A stretch of 64,000 nt of DNA, from contig CAZRRU010000091.1 in the NCBI GenBank assembly GCA_964602635.1, positions 54 through 64,053 of the forward strand, written 5' to 3'. Numbering within the stretch: position 1 is the stretch's first letter; each line of letters starts with the position of its first letter. A model generated the notes under the pieces. The model was not told where the DNA came from, searched no databases, and saw only the letters and a list, made by a program, of their open reading frames with translations. The stretch comes from an uncultured Gemmatimonadota bacterium (GTDB lineage Bacteria; Gemmatimonadota; Gemmatimonadetes; Palauibacterales; Palauibacteraceae). This document shows, one piece after another, positions 53,001 to 62,033 of this stretch. Position numbers and translations under genes: made by a program.

Positions 53001-54625
53001 ATCCGGCCGTTCGCGGTTTCGAGTACGAGCGTCTGGTGGGCGATGCCGACTATGCGGATCGGCGAATGACCCTTGGAGTCGGTCTGCACGAGAACGGGAC
53101 GCTTCTCGGCCGGCTCGATGGCTTCATACTGACGGATCTGGCCCTGAGGAAGATGGAGACGCGTCTCGCTCCGGATCCGCTTCACCTGGTGCTGGAAGCG
53201 GACAGCCTGCCCATGGAGCCCCTGGAGCTCGCGTTCGAGAGTCTTCAGGACGTGCGAGGCTTCGGAGCCGGTCGCGTCGAGTTCTCGGGTGAGCCGGACG
53301 CTCTCAATCTCGAAGGGGCCGCTACGCTGTCGAATGCCGCTGCGACCGTGCCCTACCTGGGGGTGCGGCTCGAAGACATCAGCGCCTCGCTGACGTTCGA
53401 AGGTACGGAGGCCCGGCTGCAGTCGGGGCAGCTGGAGTCATCGGCCGGCGGCTCTTCCACGGTGCGGGGCGCGATCGACACCCGGGAGCCGACCGATCTG
53501 GGCTTCGACCTGACGATCGGGATGCACCGGTTCCGGGCCATGGATCGGCGAATGGCGAAGTTCTATCTTGATGGCGAGGGACATCTGGGCGGATCGTACC
53601 ACTCGCCAGAGCTCACCGGTGCCTTCCGCATCTCCGAAGGCCAGGTGCGCGCAGGGCGGTTCATGCGCAGGCAACAGGCGGTGGATCTCACGGACCCGAT
53701 GATCACGGCCCTGATCGACACGACTCTCGTGATGGAGCAGCGGCTGTTCGAGAGAGCCCAGAACCCGTTCATGCAGAATCTCCGGATGGATTCGGAGGTC
53801 ACCTTCGGACCCAATTTCTGGCTCCGCTCCGAAGTCCTGGAGGTCGAGCTGGCAGGAGTCCTGGACGTCCAGATGGACCGGGCCCAGGGAGACCTCGTCG
53901 CCTTTGGCACCCTGAACCTGTCCCGCGGCAAGTACCGCTACGTGTCGGGCTCCGGGACGGACCTGTCGAGCCTGTACTCGCGGCAGCTTCAGATTGCCGC
54001 CGGCTCGATCACGTTCACCGGGTCGCCGGGAATGGACCCCAACCTCGACATCCAGGCCGAGTACCAGACCCGTTCCGACCAGGGCCCGGTCACCATCACG
54101 GTGGACATCGGGGGCACCGCTACGGCGCCGACGCTGGACACGTCGAGTGACCCGCCCCTCCCGGCGGCGGACGAGGTCTGCTTCCTGCTGTTCTCCACCG
54201 CCTGCCTGGGCGCCGGTACGGAGGGAGGCGAATTTGCGGCATCGCTCGTTCGTGAGAGCCTGCTAGGTACCGTCAGCAACCAGTTCTCACAGGTGCTGGT
54301 CAGTGGCGTCGGGCTCGTGGACTACTTCGACATCCGGTCCACCGGCCAGGCGGGTCCGATCGAGTCTGGAAGCACGACGAGCCTGCTGTATGGGACGGAG
54401 CTCGAGATCGGTCGGTACCTGACCCCCGACCTGTTCGTGAGCGCCACGCAGCCGCTCGGCGGGCAGTTGCCGGGGTTCGGGCTCGAGTGGTCGTTCGCCC
54501 GGTCCTGGCGCCTGGAGTTCGTGACGGAAGACCGATTCAAGCGCTATGCGTCGTACGGATACTCCTTCAGCTCCTACAGCCGGCGGACGTACGGCCTGAT
54601 GCTCTTCCGGGACTGGAACTTCTGA
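50051..54625 (+). CDS. tamB: Translocation and assembly module protein TamB (DUF490 family)
   Basis: 1524 aa with an N-terminal signal anchor and a long beta-rich body. The DUF490-type C-terminus is (...LEIGRYLTPDLFVSATQPLGG...GLEWSFARSWRLEF...). It is adjacent to the Omp85 gene. Confidence 0.88.
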   Translation: MSRHWKRTRPTDRELAAPLGLPRPVWRLIKVIGRSAAVFVGLASLTAAGAILLLSQTVVGRAVVADKVEELLADVVNGDVRVGPILGGNMLTRAHLAHFEIIESDGTPFVQLDSVRLSYNPLAFLAGTYRFRDVTVERARISLIQAEDRNWNFDRLFGDDPSEPAAEPDSAGGSSRTRVLLTDLNIRRGNLLVTTPWAADLTGAARDSMVARGLRGDKLWRVVRAGPGKWVREIRLDSLSGGFPLIRLVDPVRPFRIEAVELATEASVVTQTLDVRRFDGNATFRDTIAIEIETLQTEASTMEGSGWIVPSDPEQFRFGIEADPFAFSDLEWLPVPMPQEGGGPARFDLWTRGEVIVVDVSGADARSGDSRARGSFVLALETVPRFESMDVLFQPLRLRLVDEVLERDSLTDGYITGAVSGTGPLDLMDIRADLTLLDLDEAIRPSFVTVAGGLAIVEPRDMQDLEFTFLEFEPRWTAVVGITHEVRGRLEGRTRLSGTVGQWFDFESDLTHQLPSGAASHVSGSGSVVLEDEPGVTVEFVTDPLSLAALQPYAPPDVELVGDVRGPLSARGLFSDLRVLADLRTPRGLVNFDGRFDLMAEERSYDARLTARDIQLRQWVEQAPATRLAVEGRVQGTGTDPATLEATFDLTILRSLIEGARVDSSLLRFTVSDGLATADTFAIRTDAGRVRGRGSFGLAEQTSGSLILDVDAPNLASWNRWVVPGRNPARQDTSLEGLFAAFPGEEEAAPGAAETEIRQPPDTIAGSLQALGVLYGNVHDFSFGGRLHGRQIQYGPFEADSVVLTVDIDDPRLLDRLTASATVRRLAGGGTTLDSVEVLWERRDSATSDVDLYARRGSTLELDTRARFRWTATERRVALERLAATTGSQRLELEGPAEVVWGDEGFASTGLSLRSEEGASLLIEGAVPDSGAVNLDVRIRDLDLASVFLTPDEALPYGGFLEADARLRGTAADPRWDLTFVVVDPAVRGFEYERLVGDADYADRRMTLGVGLHENGTLLGRLDGFILTDLALRKMETRLAPDPLHLVLEADSLPMEPLELAFESLQDVRGFGAGRVEFSGEPDALNLEGAATLSNAAATVPYLGVRLEDISASLTFEGTEARLQSGQLESSAGGSSTVRGAIDTREPTDLGFDLTIGMHRFRAMDRRMAKFYLDGEGHLGGSYHSPELTGAFRISEGQVRAGRFMRRQQAVDLTDPMITALIDTTLVMEQRLFERAQNPFMQNLRMDSEVTFGPNFWLRSEVLEVELAGVLDVQMDRAQGDLVAFGTLNLSRGKYRYVSGSGTDLSSLYSRQLQIAAGSITFTGSPGMDPNLDIQAEYQTRSDQGPVTITVDIGGTATAPTLDTSSDPPLPAADEVCFLLFSTACLGAGTEGGEFAASLVRESLLGTVSNQFSQVLVSGVGLVDYFDIRSTGQAGPIESGSTTSLLYGTELEIGRYLTPDLFVSATQPLGGQLPGFGLEWSFARSWRLEFVTEDRFKRYASYGYSFSSYSRRTYGLMLFRDWNF

Positions 54626-54656
54626 GTGTAGATTCCGGCCCCTGGGAGGATCGTGC

Positions 54657-55487
54657 ATGAACTACATCAAGACATTCGGCCTGATGGCCCTGATGACGGC
54701 GCTGTTCGTGGCCGTCGCCGGCTGGTTCGGCGGCCGGTCGGCCATGATGATCGCCCTGGCCTTCGCGGCAGTCTTCAACTTCGGAGCCTACTGGTTCTCG
54801 GACCGCGTCGTGCTGCGCATGTATCGGGCGCGTCCACTCGAGCGGCACGAGGCGCCGGGACTGTACGACATGATCGATAGGCTCCGGCAGCGCGCCGGGC
54901 TCCCGATGCCGGCCGTGGCCGTCTCCGCCTCTCAGCAGCCGAACGCGTTCGCGACCGGGCGCGACCCGGAGCACGCGGCCGTGTGCGTCACGCAGGGCAT
55001 GCTCAGCGTAGCCGATGCGGACGAGCTGGCCGGGGTGATCGGGCACGAGCTGGCGCACATCAAGAACCGGGACATGTTGATCGGTACCGTCGCGGCCACG
55101 CTCTCCGCGGCCGTGGTGATGCTGGCGCGCCTGGGCTTCTGGTTCGGCGGCGACGATAATCGCGGCGGACTGATCGGCGGCCTCCTGATGATGGTGCTGG
55201 CTCCGATCGCCGCCATGCTGATACAGATGGCCATCAGTCGCGCCGGTGAGTATCGTGCTGACAGGGTGGGGGCGGAGATCAGCGGCCGCCCCGAGGCCCT
55301 GGCATCGGCCCTCCAGAAGCTCGAGACCGAGGCCAGGCGCCGACCCATGGAGCTGAATCCGAGTGCCGCCCACCTGGCCATCGTAAACCCGCTGCGGGCG
55401 GGCGGCTTGAGCGGTCTGTTCCGAACGCATCCGCCCACGGAGGAGCGGGTGCGCAGACTCGAGGAGATCGCACGGCGTGGCGTCTGA
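54657..55487 (+). CDS. htpX: Zinc metalloprotease HtpX (M48 family)
   Basis: 276 aa. TM helices flank the HExxH motif (GVIGHELAHIKNRD), and the downstream Glu region is EYRADRVGAEI. Confidence 0.93.
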   Translation: MNYIKTFGLMALMTALFVAVAGWFGGRSAMMIALAFAAVFNFGAYWFSDRVVLRMYRARPLERHEAPGLYDMIDRLRQRAGLPMPAVAVSASQQPNAFATGRDPEHAAVCVTQGMLSVADADELAGVIGHELAHIKNRDMLIGTVAATLSAAVVMLARLGFWFGGDDNRGGLIGGLLMMVLAPIAAMLIQMAISRAGEYRADRVGAEISGRPEALASALQKLETEARRRPMELNPSAAHLAIVNPLRAGGLSGLFRTHPPTEERVRRLEEIARRGV

Positions 55488-56397
55488 CTACCCGATTCCG
55501 CACTCCGACAGGTACCTGGTCCTGCTCAACCCCAACGCGGCGGGCGGGCAGCCGGGAGCGCTCCGCCGTCGCATAGCCGGCGCGATGGCGTCGCACAGCG
55601 TGCCGTTCGACATAGTCGAGTCCACGAGCGTCGAGGACGGCCTGCGGATCGTTCATACCGCGGTGGAGGTGGGGTGCAAGGCGGTGGTCGCTGCGGGTGG
55701 GGACGGGACGATCGCTCTGGCCCTGCGGGGCACGGCCGGCAGCGAGGTGCCGGTCGCCCTGCTCCCGTTCGGCACGGGCAATCAACTGGCTCTCAACTTC
55801 GGCGTGCCCGTCTCGCTGGAGGACAGCGTTCGCGTGGCCGTGGAAGGGGTCGTAGAGCGGATCGACCTGGGTCGGATCGGAGGCGAGTACTTCGCCCTGA
55901 TCGCCGGGGCGGGCCTCGACGCGGAGGTGATGGCCAGCGCCACCTCGGAGCTCAAGAGTCGGCTCGGCGTCCTCGCCTACCTCGTAGGCGGCCTCAAGCA
56001 CGTGATCACGCCGAGCCGGACGAAGTACCGGATCGTGGCGGACGAACAGGAGATAGAGGTCGAGGCTTCCATGGTGCTGTTGGCCAACGCCGGCATCATC
56101 GGGGCCGGAGGCCTTCCGGTGGAGCTCAAGGTCGCCCCCCGCACGTCTTTCCAGGACGGCCTGCTGGACATCGCCATCTTCTCGCCCCGCCACCTGCCGG
56201 ACATGGCAGCCATGCTGACCCGCGTGGTGTTCCAGAGATACTCGGGCGACGACCGCATGATCTTCCTGCAGGCCCGCCGAATCACCGTCGAATCGGATCC
56301 GCCGGTTGCTGCGCAGATCGATGGAGAATCGAGGGGCGAGACCCCGATCGTGGCCCAAATCGAGCCGCTCGCCGGACGCATCCTGGTACCTCGTTAA
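55477..56397 (+). CDS. Diacylglycerol kinase catalytic-domain family lipid kinase (YegS/BmrU type)
   Basis: 306 aa with a GTG start, overlapping htpX by 11 nt. Motifs present are LVLLNPNAAGG, VVAAGGDGTI and LPFGTGNQLA. Confidence 0.85.
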   Translation: MASDYPIPHSDRYLVLLNPNAAGGQPGALRRRIAGAMASHSVPFDIVESTSVEDGLRIVHTAVEVGCKAVVAAGGDGTIALALRGTAGSEVPVALLPFGTGNQLALNFGVPVSLEDSVRVAVEGVVERIDLGRIGGEYFALIAGAGLDAEVMASATSELKSRLGVLAYLVGGLKHVITPSRTKYRIVADEQEIEVEASMVLLANAGIIGAGGLPVELKVAPRTSFQDGLLDIAIFSPRHLPDMAAMLTRVVFQRYSGDDRMIFLQARRITVESDPPVAAQIDGESRGETPIVAQIEPLAGRILVPR

Positions 56398-56400
56398 CTG

Positions 56401-59238
56401 TTGACTACTCCGGATGCGGGTCTGTTGAGCCAGGACGAAGCGGGTTATCTCGTCGTTCGTGGAGCGCGTGAGCACAACCTGAGGGACATCGACGTGTCGA
56501 TTCCCCGAAACCGGCTCACGGTCGTTACGGGTCTATCGGGTTCCGGCAAGTCTTCTCTCGCATTCGACACGATCTACGCCGAGGGGCAGCGCCGGTACGT
56601 CGAGTCGCTGTCGGCGTACGCTCGCCAGTTCCTCGGCGTGATGGAAAAGCCGGACGTCGATCAGATCGACGGTCTGTCCCCGGCGATTGCGATCGAGCAA
56701 CGCACAGCCGCTCGTAACCCGCGCAGCACGGTCGGCACCGTTACGGAGATCTACGACTACCTCCGCCTCCTGTGGGCCCGTGTCGGCACTCCGCACTGCC
56801 CGGACTGCGGCAGACCCGTGCGCCGGCAGTCAGCCACCCAGATCGCGTCGCGCATCGCTGCGTGGCCCACCGGGACGAGCATCGAGATCCTCGCTCCCCT
56901 GATTCGGGGGCGGAAGGGGGAGTTCCGGGACCTGTTCGACGAGGCCCTGCAGGAGGGATTCGTGCGGGCGCGCGTGGACGGGCGGCTGGTCGACCTGTCC
57001 GAGCCGCCCCGGCTCAACCGCCGCCTGAACCACGACATCTCGGTGGTGGTGGACCGACTCGTCCTGAAGAAGAGTGAAAGGGCGCGGGTGGCCGAGTCTA
57101 TCGAGACGGCGCTTCGTCTGGCAGCGGGTACGGTCGAGGTGCTGGAGCATCCGGCCGGCTCCGACGGCGCGGAGGCGGCTGCGAAGCGGCACCTGTTCAG
57201 CGAGCACTACGCGTGCGCCGTCTGCGGCATCAGCATACCCGAGCTCGAGCCGAGGCAGTTCTCCTTCAATTCCCCGTATGGTGCCTGCCCGGCATGCGAC
57301 GGTCTCGGGGTGCGCCTGGAGCCGAACCGGGATCTGTCCGTCGGTGATGAGCGAATCTCGATCCTCGAGGGTGTGATCCTGCCCTGGGGGGTACCCGCCG
57401 GCCGCTGGGCAAAGAAATTCCTTCCCCCGCTCGCGGAGAAACACGGGTTCGACCTGAACAGCCCGTGGGGTCAGCTGAGTGAGCCGCAAAGGAGCGCCAT
57501 CCTCGACGGTGACCGGGACCTGGAATGGGAAGGCGCGCTGGAGCTGATTCGCCGTCAGTACCACGAGACCGAGAGCGACACGGTTCGGAAGAACCTGCAC
57601 GAGTACATGACGGCCCGCGTGTGCTCGGAATGCGAAGGAGGCCGGCTGCGGGCGGAGAGCCGGGCCGTGACCGTGGACGGTCACCGGCTCACCGCAGTCG
57701 TGGAGCGGTCGGTCGGCGAGGCCCTGGAGCTGTTCGAGGGTCTGCGGGCGGGCACCGCCGGCGAGCCGTTGGAGGAAGAGATCGCCGGCCCGATCCTCAA
57801 GGAAGTGTGCGAACGGCTGCACTTCATGGCTCAGGTGGGCCTGGGGTACCTGACGCTGGGCCGCTCGGCCGATTCGCTGGCCGGGGGAGAGGCGCAGCGC
57901 ATCCGACTGGCCACCCAGATCGGCAGCCGCCTGGTCGGCGTTCTGTACGTGCTGGACGAGCCGAGCATCGGCCTCCATCCGCGGGACAACCGGCGCCTGC
58001 TGGACACGCTCCTGCAGCTGAGGGATCTGGGGAATACGGTGCTCGTTGTCGAGCACGACGAGGAGACCGTGCGCGCCGCCGACCACGTGGTGGACATGGG
58101 GCCGGGCGCCGGCCGGCACGGCGGGCAGGTCCTGGTCTCGGGACCGCTGGACGAGCTCCTGGGGTCCGAGGACTCGCTCACGGCCGCTTACCTGCGCGGC
58201 GACCGTGAGATTCCCGTGCCGGCCGAGCGCCGGAGCGGACGCGAGGGTGAAGAGCTGGTGGTCCGCGGCGCGACCGAACACAACCTGCGGGACATCGACG
58301 TCGCCTTCCCGCTCGGCCGTTTCATAGCGGTCACCGGCGTGTCGGGATCGGGCAAGTCCACCCTGGTCGAGGACGTGCTGTACCGCAGTATCGCCCGGGA
58401 GCTCCACCGGGCCCGGACGGTGCCCGGTGGCCACGATTCGATCGAAGGGCTGGACCTGGTAGACAAGGTCATCGACGTCGATCAGAGTCCCATCGGGCGC
58501 ACGCCGCGCTCGAACCCGGCCACGTACACCGGCCTGTTCACGCCCATCAGGCAGCTGTACTCGCAGCTTCCCGAGGCCCGGATTCGCGGCTACGGACCCG
58601 GCCGATTCAGCTTCAACGTGAAGGGCGGCCGCTGCGAAGCGTGTCGGGGCGACGGACTCGTGAAGATCGAAATGCACTTCCTGCCCGATGTGTACGTGCC
58701 GTGCGACGTGTGCCGCGGGCGACGCTACAACCGCGAGACGTTGGAAGTGCTGTACAAGGGCAAGAGCATCGCCGACGTGCTGGACATGACGGTGGACGAG
58801 GCGCTCGAGTTCTTCGGGGCCATTCCACGCGCGAACAGGCACCTGTCCACCCTGTCGGACGTGGGCCTCGGGTACATCCACCTCGGTCAGTCCGCGACCA
58901 CGCTGTCCGGCGGCGAGGCCCAGCGCGTCAAGCTGGCCTCGGAGCTCTCGAAGCGTGGCACGGGCCGCACCCTGTACATTCTCGATGAGCCCACGACGGG
59001 ACTCCATTTCGAAGACGTGCGCATCCTGCTCGAAGTGCTGCACCGGCTGGTGGACCTGGGGAACACGGTCCTCGTGATCGAACACCTCATGGACGTCGTG
59101 AAAACGGCCGACTGGGTCATCGACCTCGGTCCGGAGGGGGGATCCGGAGGCGGGCAGGTGGTCGCCGCGGGAACGCCGGAACAGGTTGCTGCCACGACGG
59201 GAAGCCATACCGGACGGTACCTGCGCGACATGATCTGA
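56401..59238 (+). CDS. uvrA: Excinuclease ABC subunit A
   Basis: 945 aa with a TTG start. Motifs present are [14 protein letters not shown], two Walker A sites ([18 protein letters not shown]), zinc-finger Cys pairs and LSGGEAQR twice. Confidence 0.97.
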   Translation: MTTPDAGLLSQDEAGYLVVRGAREHNLRDIDVSIPRNRLTVVTGLSGSGKSSLAFDTIYAEGQRRYVESLSAYARQFLGVMEKPDVDQIDGLSPAIAIEQRTAARNPRSTVGTVTEIYDYLRLLWARVGTPHCPDCGRPVRRQSATQIASRIAAWPTGTSIEILAPLIRGRKGEFRDLFDEALQEGFVRARVDGRLVDLSEPPRLNRRLNHDISVVVDRLVLKKSERARVAESIETALRLAAGTVEVLEHPAGSDGAEAAAKRHLFSEHYACAVCGISIPELEPRQFSFNSPYGACPACDGLGVRLEPNRDLSVGDERISILEGVILPWGVPAGRWAKKFLPPLAEKHGFDLNSPWGQLSEPQRSAILDGDRDLEWEGALELIRRQYHETESDTVRKNLHEYMTARVCSECEGGRLRAESRAVTVDGHRLTAVVERSVGEALELFEGLRAGTAGEPLEEEIAGPILKEVCERLHFMAQVGLGYLTLGRSADSLAGGEAQRIRLATQIGSRLVGVLYVLDEPSIGLHPRDNRRLLDTLLQLRDLGNTVLVVEHDEETVRAADHVVDMGPGAGRHGGQVLVSGPLDELLGSEDSLTAAYLRGDREIPVPAERRSGREGEELVVRGATEHNLRDIDVAFPLGRFIAVTGVSGSGKSTLVEDVLYRSIARELHRARTVPGGHDSIEGLDLVDKVIDVDQSPIGRTPRSNPATYTGLFTPIRQLYSQLPEARIRGYGPGRFSFNVKGGRCEACRGDGLVKIEMHFLPDVYVPCDVCRGRRYNRETLEVLYKGKSIADVLDMTVDEALEFFGAIPRANRHLSTLSDVGLGYIHLGQSATTLSGGEAQRVKLASELSKRGTGRTLYILDEPTTGLHFEDVRILLEVLHRLVDLGNTVLVIEHLMDVVKTADWVIDLGPEGGSGGGQVVAAGTPEQVAATTGSHTGRYLRDMI

Positions 59239-59372
59239 GACCCTCGTTGATCGGGCCGACGTGTCGGGTTAACGTAATCAACTTCGATGGACGGCGAGGA
59301 ACGAGCGAAACCGGCGAGGTGCGGTTTCCGTAGAGCGGTTACCGGAACGGTCACCGGGAGCGCGGATAGCAA

Positions 59373-59642
59373 GTGAACGTCTTCGTACTGATCATACTGC
59401 TGTTCTTCGTGGTCGTGCCCATCGGGCAGGCCGTTGCGAAGGCGATCGAGACGAAGGCCACGCGTCCGCCGTTGCAGAAGGAGCCGGAACATGCGGGCCG
59501 GCTCGAAGAGCTCGAAGGCCAGGTCATGTATCTGGCCGAGCAAATCGAGGAGATTCACGAGAACCAGGAATTCCTCACGCGCCTGCTCGAGAATCGGACG
59601 TCGAGCATACCGCCCGCTCACAGTAAGGAAGAGGTAACATGA
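59373..59642 (+). CDS. Small membrane protein with a cytoplasmic coiled coil (PspB-like architecture)
   Basis: 89 aa with a GTG start. The N-terminal TM helix is NVFVLIILLFFVVVPIGQAVA. A heptad-like segment follows: RLEELEGQVMYLAEQIEEIHENQEFLTRLLENR. Third codon positions are G/C-rich. An ATGA overlap links it to the next gene. Confidence 0.65.
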   Translation: MNVFVLIILLFFVVVPIGQAVAKAIETKATRPPLQKEPEHAGRLEELEGQVMYLAEQIEEIHENQEFLTRLLENRTSSIPPAHSKEEVT

Positions 59643-60031
59643 TCAGCCGCGAAGACCTGGAGAGCTTTCTCATCCGAACCGAGATGGACCACCGGGAGAT
59701 CGGCGAATCGATGTGGCTCGTGGATCCGGTGAAAGATGCGGTGGATGACCACCCGGCGGTCGTGGTGAGTCTGTCGCCGCCGCTCGTGATCTTCCGGGCC
59801 AGCATCGGCATGCTGCCCGAGGGAGACCACGCCCAGCTGGACTTGTTCCGGAAGCTACTGGAGCTGAACGCCTCCGACCTCGTGCACGGAGCGTACGGCC
59901 TGGAAGGCGACGAGGTCATCCTGGTCGACGCCCTCGAGCTCCAGGACCTGGACTATTCGGAGTTTCAGGCGTCCCTGGAGAGCCTCTCTCTGGCTGTGAC
60001 GTCGCACGTACAGCTACTCGGACTGGACTGA
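59639..60031 (+). CDS. YbjN-like (putative sensory-transduction / T3SS-chaperone-like fold) protein
   Basis: 130 aa, acidic. The pattern MISREDLESFL...WLV......VVVSL..PLVIFRA.IG.LP......LFRKLLELNASDLVHGAYGLEGDEVILVDALEL fits YbjN-family proteins as I remember them. This is not verified by a search. Confidence 0.55.
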   Translation: MISREDLESFLIRTEMDHREIGESMWLVDPVKDAVDDHPAVVVSLSPPLVIFRASIGMLPEGDHAQLDLFRKLLELNASDLVHGAYGLEGDEVILVDALELQDLDYSEFQASLESLSLAVTSHVQLLGLD

Positions 60032-60038
60032 CGCCGCC

Positions 60039-60857
60039 ATGGGTATCTTCGATAGACTCTCCCGCCTAGTGCGGTCGAACCTCAACGACCTGATCGCCCG
60101 GGCCGAGAACCCGGAGAAGATGCTGGTCCAGGTCATCGAGGACATGCGCAAGCAGCTGGCGCAGGCCAAGCAGGAAGTGGCCGTTGCCATAGCGGACGAG
60201 CGCAAGCTGCGGGCGCAGATGGAAGAGGAACGAAAGCAGGCCCAGGAATGGGAGCGTCGGGCCCGTCTGGCGATCCGCGAGGGCCGTGACGACCTGGCGA
60301 AGCAGGCCCTGATGAGAGGCCAGGAGCACGCCAACAACGCGGCCGAGATGGAAGAGCAGTGGGAGAAGCACCGGGCCGAGACCGACAGGCTCAAGGACTC
60401 TCTCCGCCAGCTCAATTCGAAGATCGAGGAGGCGAAGCGAAAGAAGAACCTCCTGATCGCCAAGCAGAAGCGGGCGCAGGCTCAGAAGCGGATCCACGAG
60501 ACGATGGCCGGGATGCAGGACAAGAGCGCGTTCCGGGCCTTCGACCAGATGGTGGAGAAGGTCGAGGAGAGCGAGCGGAAGGCGATTGCCGCGGCCGAGG
60601 TCACCGAAGACCTCGAAGGCGACGACCTGTCACGGGAATTCGCCATGCTCGAGGGCAGCGGCGCGGATACGGACGTGGATGAGAAGCTGCTTGCCCTGAA
60701 ACGGGACATGGGCCTCATCGCGCCGGCAAGCTCCGTGGAAGAGCCCAAGGCTCTCGGCTCGGGCGAAGTGGAAGTGGCCGAAGCGGAGATCCTGGAAGAC
60801 GACGAGTCCGTGGTGGACGCCTCCGGGGCGGACGAAGAGGAAGAGTCGAAGGAGTAG
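60039..60857 (+). CDS. pspA: PspA/IM30 (Vipp1) family membrane-stress protein
   Basis: 272 aa. MGIFDRLSRLVRSNLNDLIARAENPEKMLVQVIEDMRKQL is the canonical PspA N-terminus. Long coiled coils and an acidic tail follow. Confidence 0.95.
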   Translation: MGIFDRLSRLVRSNLNDLIARAENPEKMLVQVIEDMRKQLAQAKQEVAVAIADERKLRAQMEEERKQAQEWERRARLAIREGRDDLAKQALMRGQEHANNAAEMEEQWEKHRAETDRLKDSLRQLNSKIEEAKRKKNLLIAKQKRAQAQKRIHETMAGMQDKSAFRAFDQMVEKVEESERKAIAAAEVTEDLEGDDLSREFAMLEGSGADTDVDEKLLALKRDMGLIAPASSVEEPKALGSGEVEVAEAEILEDDESVVDASGADEEEESKE

Positions 60858-60869
60858 GGTCCGTACCGG

Positions 60870-61226
60870 TCAGTCGCCCTCGTAGGTGCAGCCGGACGTA
60901 CAGGTCTCCTGGATCTCGATGCGGCTGAGACCGGCGAGGCGGGGAGCCAGGCGCAGCCAGATCCAGCGGGCCAGCACCTCGGCCGTCGGGTTCTCCAGGC
61001 CTTCGATCTCGTTCAGGTAGTAATGGTCGAGCCGATCCCGTATGGGGTCGAACGCTTCCTTGATATCCGCGAAGTCGAGGATCCACCCGACGTTCTCGTC
61101 CGGCTCCCCGCGCACGTGGACACGCACGGTGTATGTGTGACCGTGGAGGCGCCGGCACTTGTGTCCCTCGGGGACGTTCGGGAGCAGGTGAGCCGCGTCG
61201 AAGCTGAACTCCTTCCAGATTTCCAT
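60870..61226 (-). CDS. queD: 6-carboxy-5,6,7,8-tetrahydropterin synthase
   Basis: This is the C-terminal 118 codons of track ORF 60870..61283, starting at ATG 61226 (MEIWKEFSFDAAHLLPNVPEGHKCRRLHGHTY). The zinc His triad and the catalytic Cys context are typical of QueD. Confidence 0.92.
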   Translation of the reverse strand: MEIWKEFSFDAAHLLPNVPEGHKCRRLHGHTYTVRVHVRGEPDENVGWILDFADIKEAFDPIRDRLDHYYLNEIEGLENPTAEVLARWIWLRLAPRLAGLSRIEIQETCTSGCTYEGD

Positions 61227-61237
61227 CGAACCTCTTC

Positions 61238-61954
61238 TCAGTCGATTCCGAGATACTTGTGGGTCTGCAGGCTCAACCGCCACGACGGGTGACTGAGGCA
61301 GTACTCGACCGCCAGCCTGGTATTGTGTGCCCTCCGCGGGCCGTCCATGGGCTGCAACGAGAACGTCTTGAAGTCGAGACCTGCAAATGCCTCGGGCGGC
61401 GCTTCTGCCTGCGGGTAGACGAGCTTCAACTCGTCACCACTCGTGAGCTTCAGCGGTGCCCCCGCCTTGGGACTCACGCAGATCCAGTCGAGGCCGGGGG
61501 GAGCCTCGATCGTGCCGTTCGTTTCGACCGCCACCTCGAATCCCTGCTCGTGCAACTCGTCGATCGCCTGCTCGTCCAACTGCAGGAGCGGCTCACCACC
61601 CGTGCAGACGACGAGCCGGTCCCCGGCGGGGGGGCTCTGGCCGCCGGGGTCTGGCCATGCCGCTGCCACCGCCACCGCCAGCTCTCCTGCCGTGGCGTAC
61701 TTCCCGCCTCCCGGCCCGTCAGTCCCCACGAAGTCCGTGTCGCAGAACGGACAGACGGCGGACTGACGGTCCTTCTCGTGCCCCGACCACAGGTTGCAGC
61801 CGGCGAACCGGCAGAACACGGCAGGTCGGCCGGTCTGCGCGCCCTCGCCCTGGAGGGTGAAGTAGATTTCTTTGACGGAATAGGCCAAAGCGCCACCGGT
61901 TCCCGTTCGAGTCACTCGTGTCGGCCCGAAGTGAGGCCGGGAGAATGTATCCAA
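61238..61954 (-). CDS. queE: 7-carboxy-7-deazaguanine synthase (radical SAM)
   Basis: Motifs present are EIYFTLQGEGAQTGRPAVFCRFAGCNLWS (the radical-SAM CxxxCxxC variant typical of QueE), CDTDF and VVCTGGEPLLQ. The track start, TTG 61954, may be about 20 codons too far upstream. Confidence 0.9.
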   Translation of the reverse strand: MDTFSRPHFGPTRVTRTGTGGALAYSVKEIYFTLQGEGAQTGRPAVFCRFAGCNLWSGHEKDRQSAVCPFCDTDFVGTDGPGGGKYATAGELAVAVAAAWPDPGGQSPPAGDRLVVCTGGEPLLQLDEQAIDELHEQGFEVAVETNGTIEAPPGLDWICVSPKAGAPLKLTSGDELKLVYPQAEAPPEAFAGLDFKTFSLQPMDGPRRAHNTRLAVEYCLSHPSWRLSLQTHKYLGID

Positions 61955-62033
61955 TCATCCCGGGACGCGCGCAGGCACCCGGCCGCGCGGAGGGAGTCTG
62001 GCCACGATCGTGCCACGCGAGTAGGGTCTTGCC

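Noticed and set aside
56830-59208. 792-aa minus-strand ORF. Similar long antisense ORFs are 36641..38659, 39069..40211, 39487..40632, 49886..51556, 50434..51846, 51572..53185, 25172..26719 and 61719..63146.
   Set aside because: All are antisense to genes with unambiguous identities (uvrA, queA/tgt, def/fmt, tamB, mutS, asnB) and lack any recognisable motif.
61955-62033. preQ1 riboswitch upstream of queE-queD, and a TPP riboswitch upstream of the thi genes
   Set aside because: I could not find the conserved preQ1 (loop/tail A-rich pseudoknot) or THI-box (CUGAGA) elements in the relevant leaders. An Rfam scan would be needed to exclude them formally.
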